From the human T2T-CHM13v2.0 reference genome, Homo sapiens, in assembly GCF_009914755.1 (NCBI RefSeq), contig NC_060944.1: a DNA stretch of 64,000 nt, one strand, 5' to 3'. The position numbers and the translations under genes were made by a program. Under the pieces are notes generated by a model. That model was not told the origin of the DNA and ran no database searches. It saw only the letters and a program-made list of their open reading frames with translations. Positions 1 through 59,030 of the stretch are shown here, piece after piece; position 1 is the stretch's first letter; the number at the start of each line of letters is the position of its first letter.

Positions 1-110
1 AGGTATTAATTTAAATAAACATTTATTCAAGTGATTACTGGCATCTACCTCCCTTCTAAGATACAGATACTTTTAAGTACATGTCGTTCCCTGGATAAAA
101 ACAAATGGCT

Positions 111-397
<287 letters not shown>

Positions 398-766
398 TCA
401 TTGGGTTTCATTGGCAAATTATTGGCCACTGAGTGTGGCCTTTAGGCTATTTATCAGATTACTTTCAGCTATTTTATTAACTAGATTAGGCTTGAGTAGG
501 AGCTGACTTTAAACCTTCACAGGTTTCCACAAGATAGAGTGCAAAACTTCGTACGCAGGAGTAGGGAGGGGCCTATTTAACTTGTTCCCTTATCCTTGCT
601 TCTGTTCCTATGCTGCATGTTGTGACTCTTACGTGTATTTCAAAGTTGTCGTCTTTATACTCAGAAATAGTATTTTTTGAGAATATTTCTAAGAAAAGAC
701 AACTTATATTTGACAAAACTGTGTTGAACTCTTACTATGTATAATGCACTGTGTTAAGCACCTTGA

Positions 767-792
767 TGGTTGGATGGATGGATGGATGGATG
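767..792. repeat. (GGAT)n microsatellite
   Basis: gatggttggatggatggatggatggatga. Confidence 0.85.
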
Positions 793-1255
793 AGGTATAC
801 ACAAGTGAGTAAAATCTATCTTTGTTTTTAGGAACTTCGAGTCTACTGGGAGAGACATTTACATAGTTAATATAAAATTGGATGATAAGTGTTACAGTGG
901 AGATATAAACAAAGCACAATTGGCTTTGGAGAGGCAACAATTTTGTATGATAGGTGGAAATTGGGAAAGAGTTCATAGAGATTTGACCTGGACTTTGAAT
1001 GATGGATAAGATTTTGGTTGGTAGGCATAAAAATTAGTGGTGTATTTTAGAAATTGGGTTATTCAGGGCAGAGAGAGAATAAATTGGGCTAGAGGAGGCT
1101 AGAAATGAGAAAATGGTAAATTGAGGGAAAATAATGACATGGTGAATGTAAAACACCTAGCACAGTGTAGATACTTATCAAACTTTGCCTCTTTTAAAAA
1201 ACATTTAGAAAATTTATTTATTTATTTTATTTTTATTTATTATTATTTTTTTTGA

Positions 1256-1417
<162 letters not shown>

Positions 1418-2089
1418 TAAGTACAGAAGAGGTTTTGCCATGTTGGTCGGGCTGATCTTGAACTCCTGACCTCAGGTGATCCACCCGCCTCAGCCTCTCG
1501 AAGTGCTGGGATTACAGGCGTGAGCCACTGCTCCTGGCCTAAAATTTATTTTTAATTTCAATTTTTTCTTTTTGGTTTTTCTTTATATTTGCTGATTACT
1601 TAAAGATAATTTTTATTTTTTTAGAGATAGGGTCAACTACTTACAGATAATTTTTATCTTTTTAGAGACAGGGTCAACTGTTATACTTAGAGATAATTTT
1701 AATTTATTTAGAGACAGGGTCTGTCTATGTTTTGTAGGCTGGACTTGGACTCCTGGTCTCATGTGGTCCTCCCTCCTCCCAAAATGCTGGGATTACAGAC
1801 GTGAGCCACTGTGTCTGGCCCACTTCTTTCTAATTCCAAACATATCTACCTCAAGGAGTATCTTTAAGTTACCTGAAAAACTAATGTTTAGGTTGATTGG
1901 ACAAAGTAAGGCTATTTTCAGTAAATTCTAGGTGGTTTGCAAAATTACAAACGTGGTAGTAAAACCAAAGTAATGATGGGAATTTACTTAGATTTATGTG
2001 CAACCATTTCTTTCCTCAGAAGGTGACCTGCTGAGAAAAGTGGTACAAATACTGGGAAAAACCTGCTCTTCTGCGTTAAGTGGGAGACA

Positions 2090-45688
<43,599 letters not shown>

Positions 45689-46080
45689 ACTCAGCTGTGA
45701 GCTGCGGATACCGCCCGGCAATGGGACCTGCTCTTAACCTCAAACCTAGGACCGTCTTGCTTTGTCATTGGGCATGGAGAGAACCCATTTCTCCAGACTT
45801 TTACCTACCCGTGCCTGAGAAAGCATACTTGACAACTGTGGACTCCAGTTTTGTTGAGAATTGTTTTCTTACATTACTAAGGCTAATAATGAGATGTAAC
45901 TCATGAATGTCTCGATTAGACTCCATGTAGTTACTTCCTTTAAACCATCAGCCGGCCTTTTATATGGGTCTTCACTCTGACTAGAATTTAGTCTCTGTGT
46001 CAGCACAGTGTAATCTCTATTGCTATTGCCCCTTACGACTCTCACCCTCTCCCCACTTTTTTTAAAAATTTTAACCAGAA

Positions 46081-46086
46081 AATAAA
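46081..46086 (+). terminator. Possible proximal polyadenylation signal
   Basis: AATAAA in the 3'UTR; downstream element weak. Confidence 0.4.
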
Positions 46087-46383
46087 GATAGTTAAATCCT
46101 AAGATAGAGATTAAGTCATGGTTTAAATGAGGAACAATCAGTAAATCAGATTCTGTCCTCTTCTCTGCATACCGTGAATTTATAGTTAAGGATCCCTTTG
46201 CTGTGAGGGTAGAAAACCTCACCAACTGCACCAGTGAGGAAGAAGACTGCGTGGATTCATGGGGAGCCTCACAGCAGCCACGCAGCAGGCTCTGGGTGGG
46301 GCTGCCGTTAAGGCACGTTCTTTCCTTACTGGTGCTGATAACAACAGGGAACCGTGCAGTGTGCATTTTAAGACCTGGCCTGG

Positions 46384-46389
46384 AATAAA
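46384..46389 (+). terminator. Distal polyadenylation signal of TPX2
   Basis: AATAAA followed about 25-45 nt later by tgattgtgttatttgatgttttt. Confidence 0.85.
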
Positions 46390-46444
46390 TACGTTTTGTC
46401 TTTCCCTCCCTGATTGTGTTATTTGATGTTTTTAAATCTGTTAA

Positions 46445-47616
<1,172 letters not shown>

Positions 47617-49481
47617 GTGACTCGTAAATGTTTCTTGTATACATCTCGAGTAGAGCAGTTATACTATATCTGAGTTACTTGAACTTGTTCACAAATTAAT
47701 AGAGATACAGATATGTAAGTTCCTTGAAGACAAGAATTGCCATAGCCATCTCTTGTTTATTGTGGCTGGCACAGAATTGGCTTAGGTCCATGTTAAACAA
47801 TATATTTTCTTTTAGAATTCACATCATTTTTGAGTATCAACTCTATCATTCATTGCGTGTGCTAGGAGATACAAAAGCATCTGGATTCTGCCCAGGCTAG
47901 TCCTAGGTACCATATATGACCTGAAACTTATTTTATATTCATTTTTTTATTCAGTGAGCATATATGAATCTCTTATGTACAAGTCATTGTAGTCCCAGCA
48001 TTAATTGACAAAGCAAGATGGTGTTTCTCACAGTATGATTTGCAGATCCTGGTCCTCCTGAACCCCCATAAACTGATGCGTGAAGAGTGGAGAATGAAGG
48101 GGTGTCCTGGAACCAATTCTCCACGGATACTGAGGGATGACTGTGTATACCTTAGCACTGTTCTAGTCTCTGGGAATACGTCAATGAACAAAAAAAAAGA
48201 CCTTGCCTTCATGGAGCTAACATTTTAGTAGGAGAGAGAGACAGTAAGCAAATAATTTAAGCTCTTGTGTAAGGTGACAGACGTGCTGACTGCTATGTGA
48301 ATAGATGGGTTGGGAGTCGGGGGCATGTGAAATTGTAATTGGGAAGGCGAGGAGGTTCTCGGCTGTTGTGCAGGTGAGAGCTGACAGTGACTTGGGTTAG
48401 GGTGGTAGCAGTGGCAGAGAGGAGAAGTGGTTGGGTTCTGAATGTGTTTTAAAGTTGTAACTAACAAGACTTCCTAACAGATTGGATTTGGAGAGTGAAA
48501 GAAAGGTGGGCACCTTTCTTTCTTATAGAGGGCACCCAGGTGTCAGCCCCAAACAGAGACAGGGTCCATCCCTTGTACTGTGAGAAATCCAGTTCTACCC
48601 TAGTCCTTTTATTTCTTGTGGGTTCACAGCAGCATTCATTTTTTTTCTGATTTCCTCTTGTTTTTTTCCACTTCTGCTTATCTCTTGATCTCTGTGTCTG
48701 TTCTTTGTAGATTTTCTCTCTACTGGTATCAGCATTTCTCCTCTATCACTATCATTCATGTATTTCCATCTGGAATCATTTTTTCATATACCTTGTCTGG
48801 TTTTGTTCGTTGTTGTTTCAGGCAGGGGAATAAATCCGGCCCTCAGATTGAGGGTTTTGGGAGTGTTACTGAGAATTATGGATGTGAGGGATCCTTCTGC
48901 CCCATTTGCTCCATTCTGGATAATCCCCTGTGCAAACTCATGTCAGTGGTAATAAGTGACAGTCTGTTAGAGGCCACAAAGAGGAGTTACATTACTTTAG
49001 AGAAAGTAGCTTAACACTGAGATGTCAACATTCAGTGCCTCTTGCTTCCCAAAATTTCTCAGTTTCCCAGGGGCAATCTTTTCCTCCACCACATGGTCTC
49101 TTGCCTAGTACTGAGCCCTCTTTTTCTGGACCACCGCACATCACCTTCATTTTTCTAGCACACTCTCCCATTTTTCCCAGAAACTCAAACTTTCTGCTTG
49201 CATTTTACAGAAAAATTATTTTATTCATCCCTTCAGGCCATGTGCTAATAGGAGCATCATCTTTCCACACTCAGGTCACTCAGGAATTTTCCTAAATAAA
49301 GAACATATCCTGAGATAAGAATTTACTGAATTTTAAGAATTTAGCTGCTACTTTTTGCTCGCCTTTTTTTTTTTTTTTTTTTGGGAGATCTCGCTCTGTC
49401 ACCCAGGCTGGACTGCAGTGGCACTGTCTTGGCTCACTGCAACCTCTGCCTCCAAGCGATTCTCCTGCCTCAGCCTCCTGA

Positions 49482-49766
<285 letters not shown>

Positions 49767-49780
49767 TAACTTGGCCATGA

Positions 49781-50096
<316 letters not shown>

Positions 50097-52290
50097 TAAT
50101 ATATGTATAAGATTACTGCTCACTCTTAGCTTTGGTTGATTGTTTTGTCCTGTGTAATTGCTTGGTTACCATTTTGATTGTTTTATTCCTTACCAGGTCT
50201 TTTTTCTAGAGTCTTGTCCCTGGGAAGTGGAGCCAGCATGGTAGACAGAACAAAGTTGCAGTTGCTCCAGCATTTAACAGAGATGAGACCTGGACACGAA
50301 TAATCGTAACACAAGATGGGATGTGATTCAGTAATGTGAGACAGAGTGCTGTGGGAGTTTAGGGATTGTTTTTGAAAGTGAGGTTGCAGTTTGTAAAGGT
50401 TTTTTTTTTTTTTTTTAAAGTAAAATTTGCAAAAGTAGTACTGCCTTTTGGAAACAAGTAAAATGCTACTAACTGTATGAAATAAAACACGAAAGTCTCC
50501 TTCCTTCCCCTACTCCCACGTCCCAGTGTAACCCATGGTTCGCAATAGGATTCTTCCAGAATGTTTTCTCTGAGCACACACATAGAGCATTTTTTTTAAA
50601 AGAAATAAGATAGTAGTAGCATTATGCATTTTTAAAAATTTTAATTTGTTCTTTAAAAGGTTATACATTCACATAGTTCTGAATTGAAAAGATACAAACG
50701 TAGAGTCTTCCTCCTGCCTTTTCTTCCCAACTGCTCAGCTCCCCTCCCCAGAGATAGTGCTGCCAGTTTCTTAAGTTCCCTTGCAGAGACTGTTTCTTCC
50801 TATACATACTCCTACCTACCCTCCTTCTCTTATTTTTTTACACAAATAGCATCATACTTTACACTCTGTACCTTGGTTTTTTCATACATGTTGTGCATTT
50901 TAAAGATGTAGTTCAGGTGCCACCTCAGGCATGTCCTGGCTTCCTTCCTGACAAGTATGAAGCCTCTTATGACAATCTAGTGACATGGAGGCAGACCTGC
51001 ATGATGTCCTGGGTTTGTGACCTGAGGTCCCAAGGACTAGAGGGCAAGATAGCAGCACCTGGTCCTCATCTCCTCCTGGCTTAATTGAGCTTTGGGGGCT
51101 TGCGTATTGTCTTGAGTGTTTGGTTGAACCTGTATATCCTGTTGGATCAATCTTGATATTGCTTCCTTTTCATTTCTCTCGATGAAGGCCGTCTTACTGA
51201 ATCTTGTCTGCTGGGGAAGTTCCTCATTGCTGAGAGCAGCAGTTAAAAAAGCTGTTAGCCACGTGGCTGGGCTCCTATTTCTGCAGAGGCAGGCTGAGTT
51301 ACAGCTTGGTGGTGTGGATCCAGGTAGGAATTGGTCAACATTCTGAATCCTGAGCTGCCATCTGCCTCGTAGCCTGCTGGGATGCTCAGTTTAGACAACA
51401 TATAAAGTTTCCTGGATACGGGACAAACCCAGGCCTATGGAAAGAGCAGGAAGGTTAAAGTGTGTGGTACTTTGGGCAATGACGAAGGCGTAACCAGGGA
51501 GCTGACATGTTTGCTCCAAAGCCAAGAATTCCAGGACAATTTGTTATCCAGCTGAAGCCAGTGTAGTTGCTACAAAAAAGCCTGGGGACAAAAGCATGCT
51601 TTTTACTTGTTTCCCTGTCTTCTTGCACACCTACTCTATTTTCTAAAGCTGTAGTAAAGGTTGCTGACATTGGAAATGTTTGATGATTTTTGCTATTCTC
51701 CTCGTAAATGAATAAGAGTCTGGGCTCAGGCCAAACCATGGCTCTATGTGCTGAAAGTATCAGCTTCCTGAAACAGCTTCACAAATGCTGACATTTCACT
51801 CAGACCAGGAGGGTCAGGGGAAAGGCCTAAGCAAGTACTAGGTTTTATCATGAAAGAATGATTTCAACAGACTAAACCTGGTCTGATGGCATCAAATGCC
51901 CTTCCCCCACCTTTTTTTTTTTTTTTTTTTAAAGCATTATTGGTCAGAGAGGAAATAGAAACTTGGGCTGTCAGATCTGAAGAGACCCACATAGCATGGG
52001 ACTGGTGTCCCAGAACATTGCAGGTGTGTGAATGCATGAAGAGTTGCATCCAAGTGCTATTGCCCAGCTTGTTTGGGCACTGATGGTCTCAGGTCTTCTT
52101 TCAGGAGCAAGGGTGGGAGACATTTCCAGTGGGTCAAGATACTAGTCAGTGGTCATAACTTGTAATGTGAAAAGCAGTCTGGGGCAGCCTTATTTAAGCT
52201 TGCTTAGTGGTGAAGAGAGAGGAGAAGGCTGTAGCCTTGCACTGACGCACCTCTATCACCATACTCAGGGACACTCTGTGACACAGATGA

Positions 52291-52572
<282 letters not shown>

Positions 52573-52960
52573 TGAGATTACAGGCACGCACCACCACGCC
52601 TGGCTAATTTTTGTGTTTTTAGTGCAGATGAGGTTTTACCATGTTGGTCAGGCTGGTCTTGAACTCCTGACATCGTGATCCACCCGCCTCGGCCTCCCAA
52701 AGTGCTGGGATTACAGGCGTGAGCCACAGCACCCAGCTGGTATTATTTTTCATTTAGCATAATAGTAACTCATTTTTCCTGTATTATTGCATACTTTGTA
52801 AATACCAATTTTAACAGCAGGATGCTATTCCATTGTTCTGAGTTTGCTTCTCCACATTGAAAGTGCTTATTTTACAAAGGATTTTTCTTAGCTCTATTTG
52901 CAGGACAGAATTGTCTGCATTTGCTTCCCCCTAACACATCATGTTTGTCTCTAAACTTTA

Positions 52961-53389
52961 TTATTATTATTGTTTACTAGTCATCTTTTATTTGGAGGTT
53001 TATTTTCATTTGGATAAAAAGATTCAGCAATGATCACATTCCTCATGGAGGGATTCTGGGCCAAGGAGGTTATGGTCAAGAGTGCGGAGTGTGCTCTCCA
53101 CACTGGCCCCTCTTCGGTGGTTCTTATGTTTGAGCTCCTTATAAGAAAGGCAGTGGCCAAAAGGCACGTAAGCTGCCAGCACCATGGAAACCCTGGTGAC
53201 ACTCCCTTTTTTCATGTTGTCATGCTTGTTGTATTTAATAGTATCTGTGGTAACCTCTTTGAAACGCTTCAACAATGCCTTTGGTGGTAAAATCAGTATC
53301 CAGCTTGGCAGCTCTACTAATATGACATCCATGAATGAGTTTCTTCTTCATTGGTATGACTGATGCCATTGTGGAGTCCTGGTGTCTGC
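52961..53389 (-). pseudogene. Processed pseudogene of ATP5MF/ATP5J2 (ATP synthase subunit f)
   Basis: Minus strand: 5'UTR gacaccaggactcc, ATG at 53369 (MASVIPMKKK), ELPSWIL, shifted-frame DFTTKGIVEAFQRGYHRYY, YNK...KKGSVTRVSMVLAAYV...SYKELKH. Intronless, with AATAAA, a decayed A-tail and a perfect 15-bp TSD tgtctctaaacttta at 52946-52960 and 53390-53404. Confidence 0.93.
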
Positions 53390-53759
53390 TGTCTCTAAAC
53401 TTTAAATGGTGGTTCTCAAACCACTTACCAGTCTATGTTTGTAATTAAAATATAAGCTTGAAAGTGAATAGAAGCCCTTCCCAAAAGCATAGTTAATGAC
53501 ATTATCCTGGCTTGCACATTTGCTGAATGGAAAGCTCTTTTTGGCTGATATGATGTCAACATTACTAACACCCATGTCCAGAGACAACGTTCATTGGCAT
53601 TTAACAAAGCCTTTCTGGAGATAATTCTAGTTATGTTCTTTAAAGTCTTGGGATGCCACATTTTCAAGTAGATTTGTTGTCTCTACTTTAGATCAGATTT
53701 GAAAGGAGAAAGCTCTTAGTCTTTCTTAACTCTACCAGGAGGTTGGGTGCGGTGGCTCA

Positions 53760-54109
<350 letters not shown>

Positions 54110-55284
54110 TCACTCCGGTTAGAGAAATGATGGGTAACCTTTAACAAGTTATTCCTCTTTTGGGGGCTTCAATTTCCACATCCGTCAAATAAGATTGAGC
54201 TGGAACAATTAATAAGGCTCCTTTCAGCTTAAATATTTTTAGATTTTTTTCTAGGCAGTTTTTTAAGCCAAACCAGCCCTACTTTTATATTTATATGTCT
54301 TCTATAGCCAGTTGTTCAATCCCTGCAAGAGAGCAAGCTCTCCTGTCCCTGGGTTTCCATGTGGACTTCAACGAAGTATGTTGGAGACCAGTGTTCTATC
54401 TTGTTGAGGACTTTCCAAGGGTTGTTCTGGAAACGGAAATCTAGCCCAGATCACTCCAGGGGACTAATCCCTGAATAATTCTGTCCCCTTGACACGCACA
54501 CATATTTTCTGATGTTTTTCTTGACCTTGGAACTGGTTAAAGACTGCATAGAATGTTCAGTGAATTCTTGCAGACTGCCACAAAGAAGTCCTTCCCATCC
54601 AAGATATGATTTCCCCCCCAAGATTGAGATTATTTTGGAAGTAATCCTTCTATTGTTGGAGGCAGTTTAAGGATGTCACCATAAAATGGACTTTACCTTG
54701 TTCTTTTTCTGTTTCTCTCCGTTGCGATTCAGTTTTTACGTGTTCATGGACAAGGAGACCTGGGTTATTTTTGGATAACTGGCACAGGGTTCAAGAGAAA
54801 TACAGAATTATTTCATGGAATAAACCCTAGATTGGGAACTGGGAGAGCTGCTCTCGCTTTGTGACTTTGAACATGTTGTTTATATTCTCTGGGTCTCAGT
54901 CTCCTCATAGAAGTTAGAATGATCTTGCTAGAAAGGACCCTTCCTCTAGCACAGTGGAGGGGAATTTCTCTCCCGCCTTACCATGCCCCAAAGGCACTGT
55001 GGGCAGCAATGGTGACTGTTACCCACCCAGCTAGCCAGTGTGACTCAGAGTGGCCGTGCTTGAGTCACATATTCAGTGTTGTCAGTGGCTGTGTCACCAA
55101 GGATTGCCAGAGGCCTTTGCTATTTTCCCACAGCTAACAACCTGACAGGATAGGGTCAGCAGCTTCTAGTTAACAGCTGGCCAAAAGAAGCAGGGAGACA
55201 TCTCTGCAGGGGAGGAGGTTCATGGGAGTTTGTTCAAGCAAGAGAGGCTTTTTCTCTCTTGGTAGTTTGTTACTGCAGCAATAG

Positions 55285-55765
<481 letters not shown>

Positions 55766-55802
55766 TAAGCATCTTGGCCTGTGGGACTTTTATTCTCTAA
55801 GA

Positions 55803-55986
55803 CAGTGGTCCTCAGAGTGTGGTCTGTGGCCCAGCAGCAACAGCATCATCAGGGACTAGAAATGCAAATTCTTTATTCCCACACTAGACCTACTGAGTCA
55901 GGCACGCTGAGGGTGGGGCCCAGCAACGTATATTTTAACAAGCACTCCAGGGGACAGTGATGCGTGCCTAAGTGTGAGGACCACTG
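55803..55986. mobile_element. MER5A-type hAT MITE
   Basis: Perfect TIRs cagtggtcctca / tgaggaccactg; internal agaaatgcaaattct and ttttaacaagc motifs. Confidence 0.85.
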
Positions 55987-56499
55987 TGCCAGGAGAGGGA
56001 CCTGCAAATCCTGACAGACAACAGGTCTCCTAATGCAGGTACCCATGGGCCAAGGAGCCAGCAGCCACTCTCCTGTGACCTTAGTGCCCAGCCAGTCAAG
56101 AGCCTGTCTCAGGGTGAGAACATCTTCCTCCCTTCCACAGCCCCTTGAGGGGTCACCTTTGTACAGTCTGACTGAGTTAGACACGGGAGAGCTGCTGAGC
56201 TTGTTGAGTGGATGTTTTATCTCCTTAGCCAAGACTCCATTCCCAGAATGAAGACGGAGGGAAGAATGCTTTTCCATATGTTCTTCCAACAAGTCATATG
56301 ACAGATGAGGAAACCGAGGCTCAGAGTTTAAGTTACTCATCCAAAGTCATGCTGCTAATAAATGGCAGAGTCAGAATTTGGACCCACGTCCATCTGCCCT
56401 CCAGTGTCCTTTCTACCGCAGCAACTTGCATCCCTTGACCAGAGCCAGCTCCAGGAGGATAGGGCCTGGCTTTTTCTGGATTTGAGCTGGAGCCCTCAC

Positions 56500-57255
56500 T
56501 GAACTCTTGACCTTGCTGTGGGAACCTCCAGCTAAGCTTCTCAGACACTGGGAGGCAGGTCCTCTCCTTGCTTTCACCCTGTCAGCACAGCGGGCATCTC
56601 GGACCATGCTGGATCCCGTCAGGGATGTGGCAGCTGCCAGTCAGTTAAGTCACAAGCCTCAGCAGGCCTGAATGATAGCCAAGGTGGTCACCGTGCCAAG
56701 TGGATTGCAGCCAGGAGGTGCCTTGCCTAGCCCACCCCTCATCCTTTATTTGGAGGCCCCTCACCATCTCAGGCAGGGTCTTCTTCCCCCAGCAGCTGCT
56801 CAGAGCTTGCCATGCACCCCCTGGTTCTTATGGTAGCCCAGTTTAGCAAACGGACCTGAAGTTTTATAAATAGCGCAATGGCAGGCTGGGAAGCTGTCCT
56901 GTGTAAGAGGACAGAACATGCATTCTCTGCTCCTCGAGCCATTTCCTGGGATCGGGTGATGGGAGTGACTTCTAGTGCAGATAAAGTCGAATTACTCTTA
57001 TCTTCTAGGTCTATACTCCACACTTGGTCTTGCTTCTACTGTTTGGTATGTCTGTGGTTTCCCCCTACTGCTTCTGCCTTTATGTGATGGTGCTTCCAAG
57101 TCTGCTCCCGGGACGTTTCCTGTTCTTGGAACAGCTGCACCAGCCTGGGGTACCCTCCTGCTACTTGATCCTATAGGGAGGTGTCCAGTGGCTGTGGGCA
57201 ATTTTCAGATGACCTTGTTCGTCTGACGTCATTAGATCGCTATTTTTGGCTTTGC
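56500..57255. promoter_or_regulatory. Candidate muscle enhancer (MEF2, E-box, CRE, ERR-type sites)
   Basis: TTATAAATAG 56864, CTATTTTTGG 57240, CAGCTG 56631/56793/57132, TGACGTCA 57224, TGACCTTG 56508/57210 in Alu-free DNA. Confidence 0.5.
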
Positions 57256-58589
57256 TGTTTATGCTGCAGAAGTTGGGCTGGAATGGGAGAGGAGGAATGA
57301 AGGAGGGGCTGCTCTTGGTTTCCCATTGTTCCAGGGTCCTACCAAGTAGGTGCATTTATTCTTCCACATTTACAGAGCACCTACTGAATGTCAGGCCCTA
57401 GGGCAACCAAACTGATTCTTCACTCACTTATGAATTTATTTTTCAATGGGCATTGCTTTGTGGTACGGAGTAGTAATTAAATGTGAGGGCTCTGGAGCAA
57501 GAGAGTTTGGATTTAAATTCCAGCCCGCCATTTACTACCTCTGAAACTCCTCTGTGCCTCAGTTTCCTTTTGGAAATGGGAGTGATTATAGTATCTACCT
57601 CATAAGGTTGCTCTGAAGATTAAAAGAGTTAATATCTCTGTCTGACACATTGTAAATACACAATGAACGTTAGTGGCTATTACTACTAACCACAACAGCA
57701 CCACGTATTGTACTAGGTACTTGGGATATGAAATTGAATGTGATGTAGTCTGCATCTGTTTTGCACTGGCATCTGGACTCCAAGGGTCTCAGATATTGGG
57801 ATGGGGTACCCAGTCAACACCGTCAGAAAGAATACCTGCTGTGTGTACTATTTTTCCTACCTTATGTTGGAGGGCATTCAAGGGAAACAGAAATTGAAGT
57901 TTCTGGCTGGGCGCAGTGGCTCACGCCTATAATCCTAGCACTTTGGGATTATAGGGAGGCCAAGGTGGGTGGATTGCTTGAGGTCAGGAGTTTGAGAGCA
58001 GCCTGGCCAAAATGGTGAAACCCTGTTTCTACTAAAAATGCAAAAAATTAGCTGAGCATGGTAGTGTACAACTGTAATCCCAGCTACTCAGGAGGCTGAG
58101 GCAGAAGAATCACTTGAACCCAGGAGGTGGAGGTTGCAGTGAGCAGAGATTGCACGACTGTACTCCAGCCTGGGTAAAAGAGCAAGACTCCGGCTCAAAA
58201 AAAAAAAAAAAAAAAGAAACATACAAAAAAGAAAATGAAGTTCCTGTCCTAGGAAAGCCTTAGATCAGTGGCTCTTCACCCTGCCACACATCAGAATCTT
58301 TTGGAGAGATTTTTAAAAATACCAACATTCTGGGCCCCACTCCAAATGTTCTTAATTGGTCTGAGCTGAGGAGGGGCTCAGACTTCAAGAGTTGTAGAAA
58401 CTCTCCAGGTGTTTTCAGTGTGCATCAGGGTTGAGAAGTGTGGCCCTGGGTTATAGGGATATGAATCCTGGAAGCTCTCCACTGACTGCACCAGGGTGAC
58501 TGTCAGGACAGTGCCTCAAATCTGTTCCCTCTTCCAAGGCTCTCAGGATGCTTTCTAGAGAGCTGGCTCTCTGACTTGGTGGTTCTTGA

Positions 58590-59030
<441 letters not shown>

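Larger units (their letters stand above)
45689..46410 (+). other. TPX2: TPX2 3'UTR (3' end approximate)
   Basis: Repeat-free sequence after the stop, ending near AATAAA 46384 and a GT/T-rich downstream element. Confidence 0.85.

Noticed and set aside
56743-56753. CArG-like CCTTTATTTGG
   Set aside because: Seven rather than six A/T between CC and GG; not a consensus SRF site.
57088-57104. 17-nt reverse-complement match to TPX2 exon 15 (cagacttggaagcacca, 39141-39157)
   Set aside because: No flanking homology; one 17-mer match within 64 kb on two strands is roughly expected by chance.
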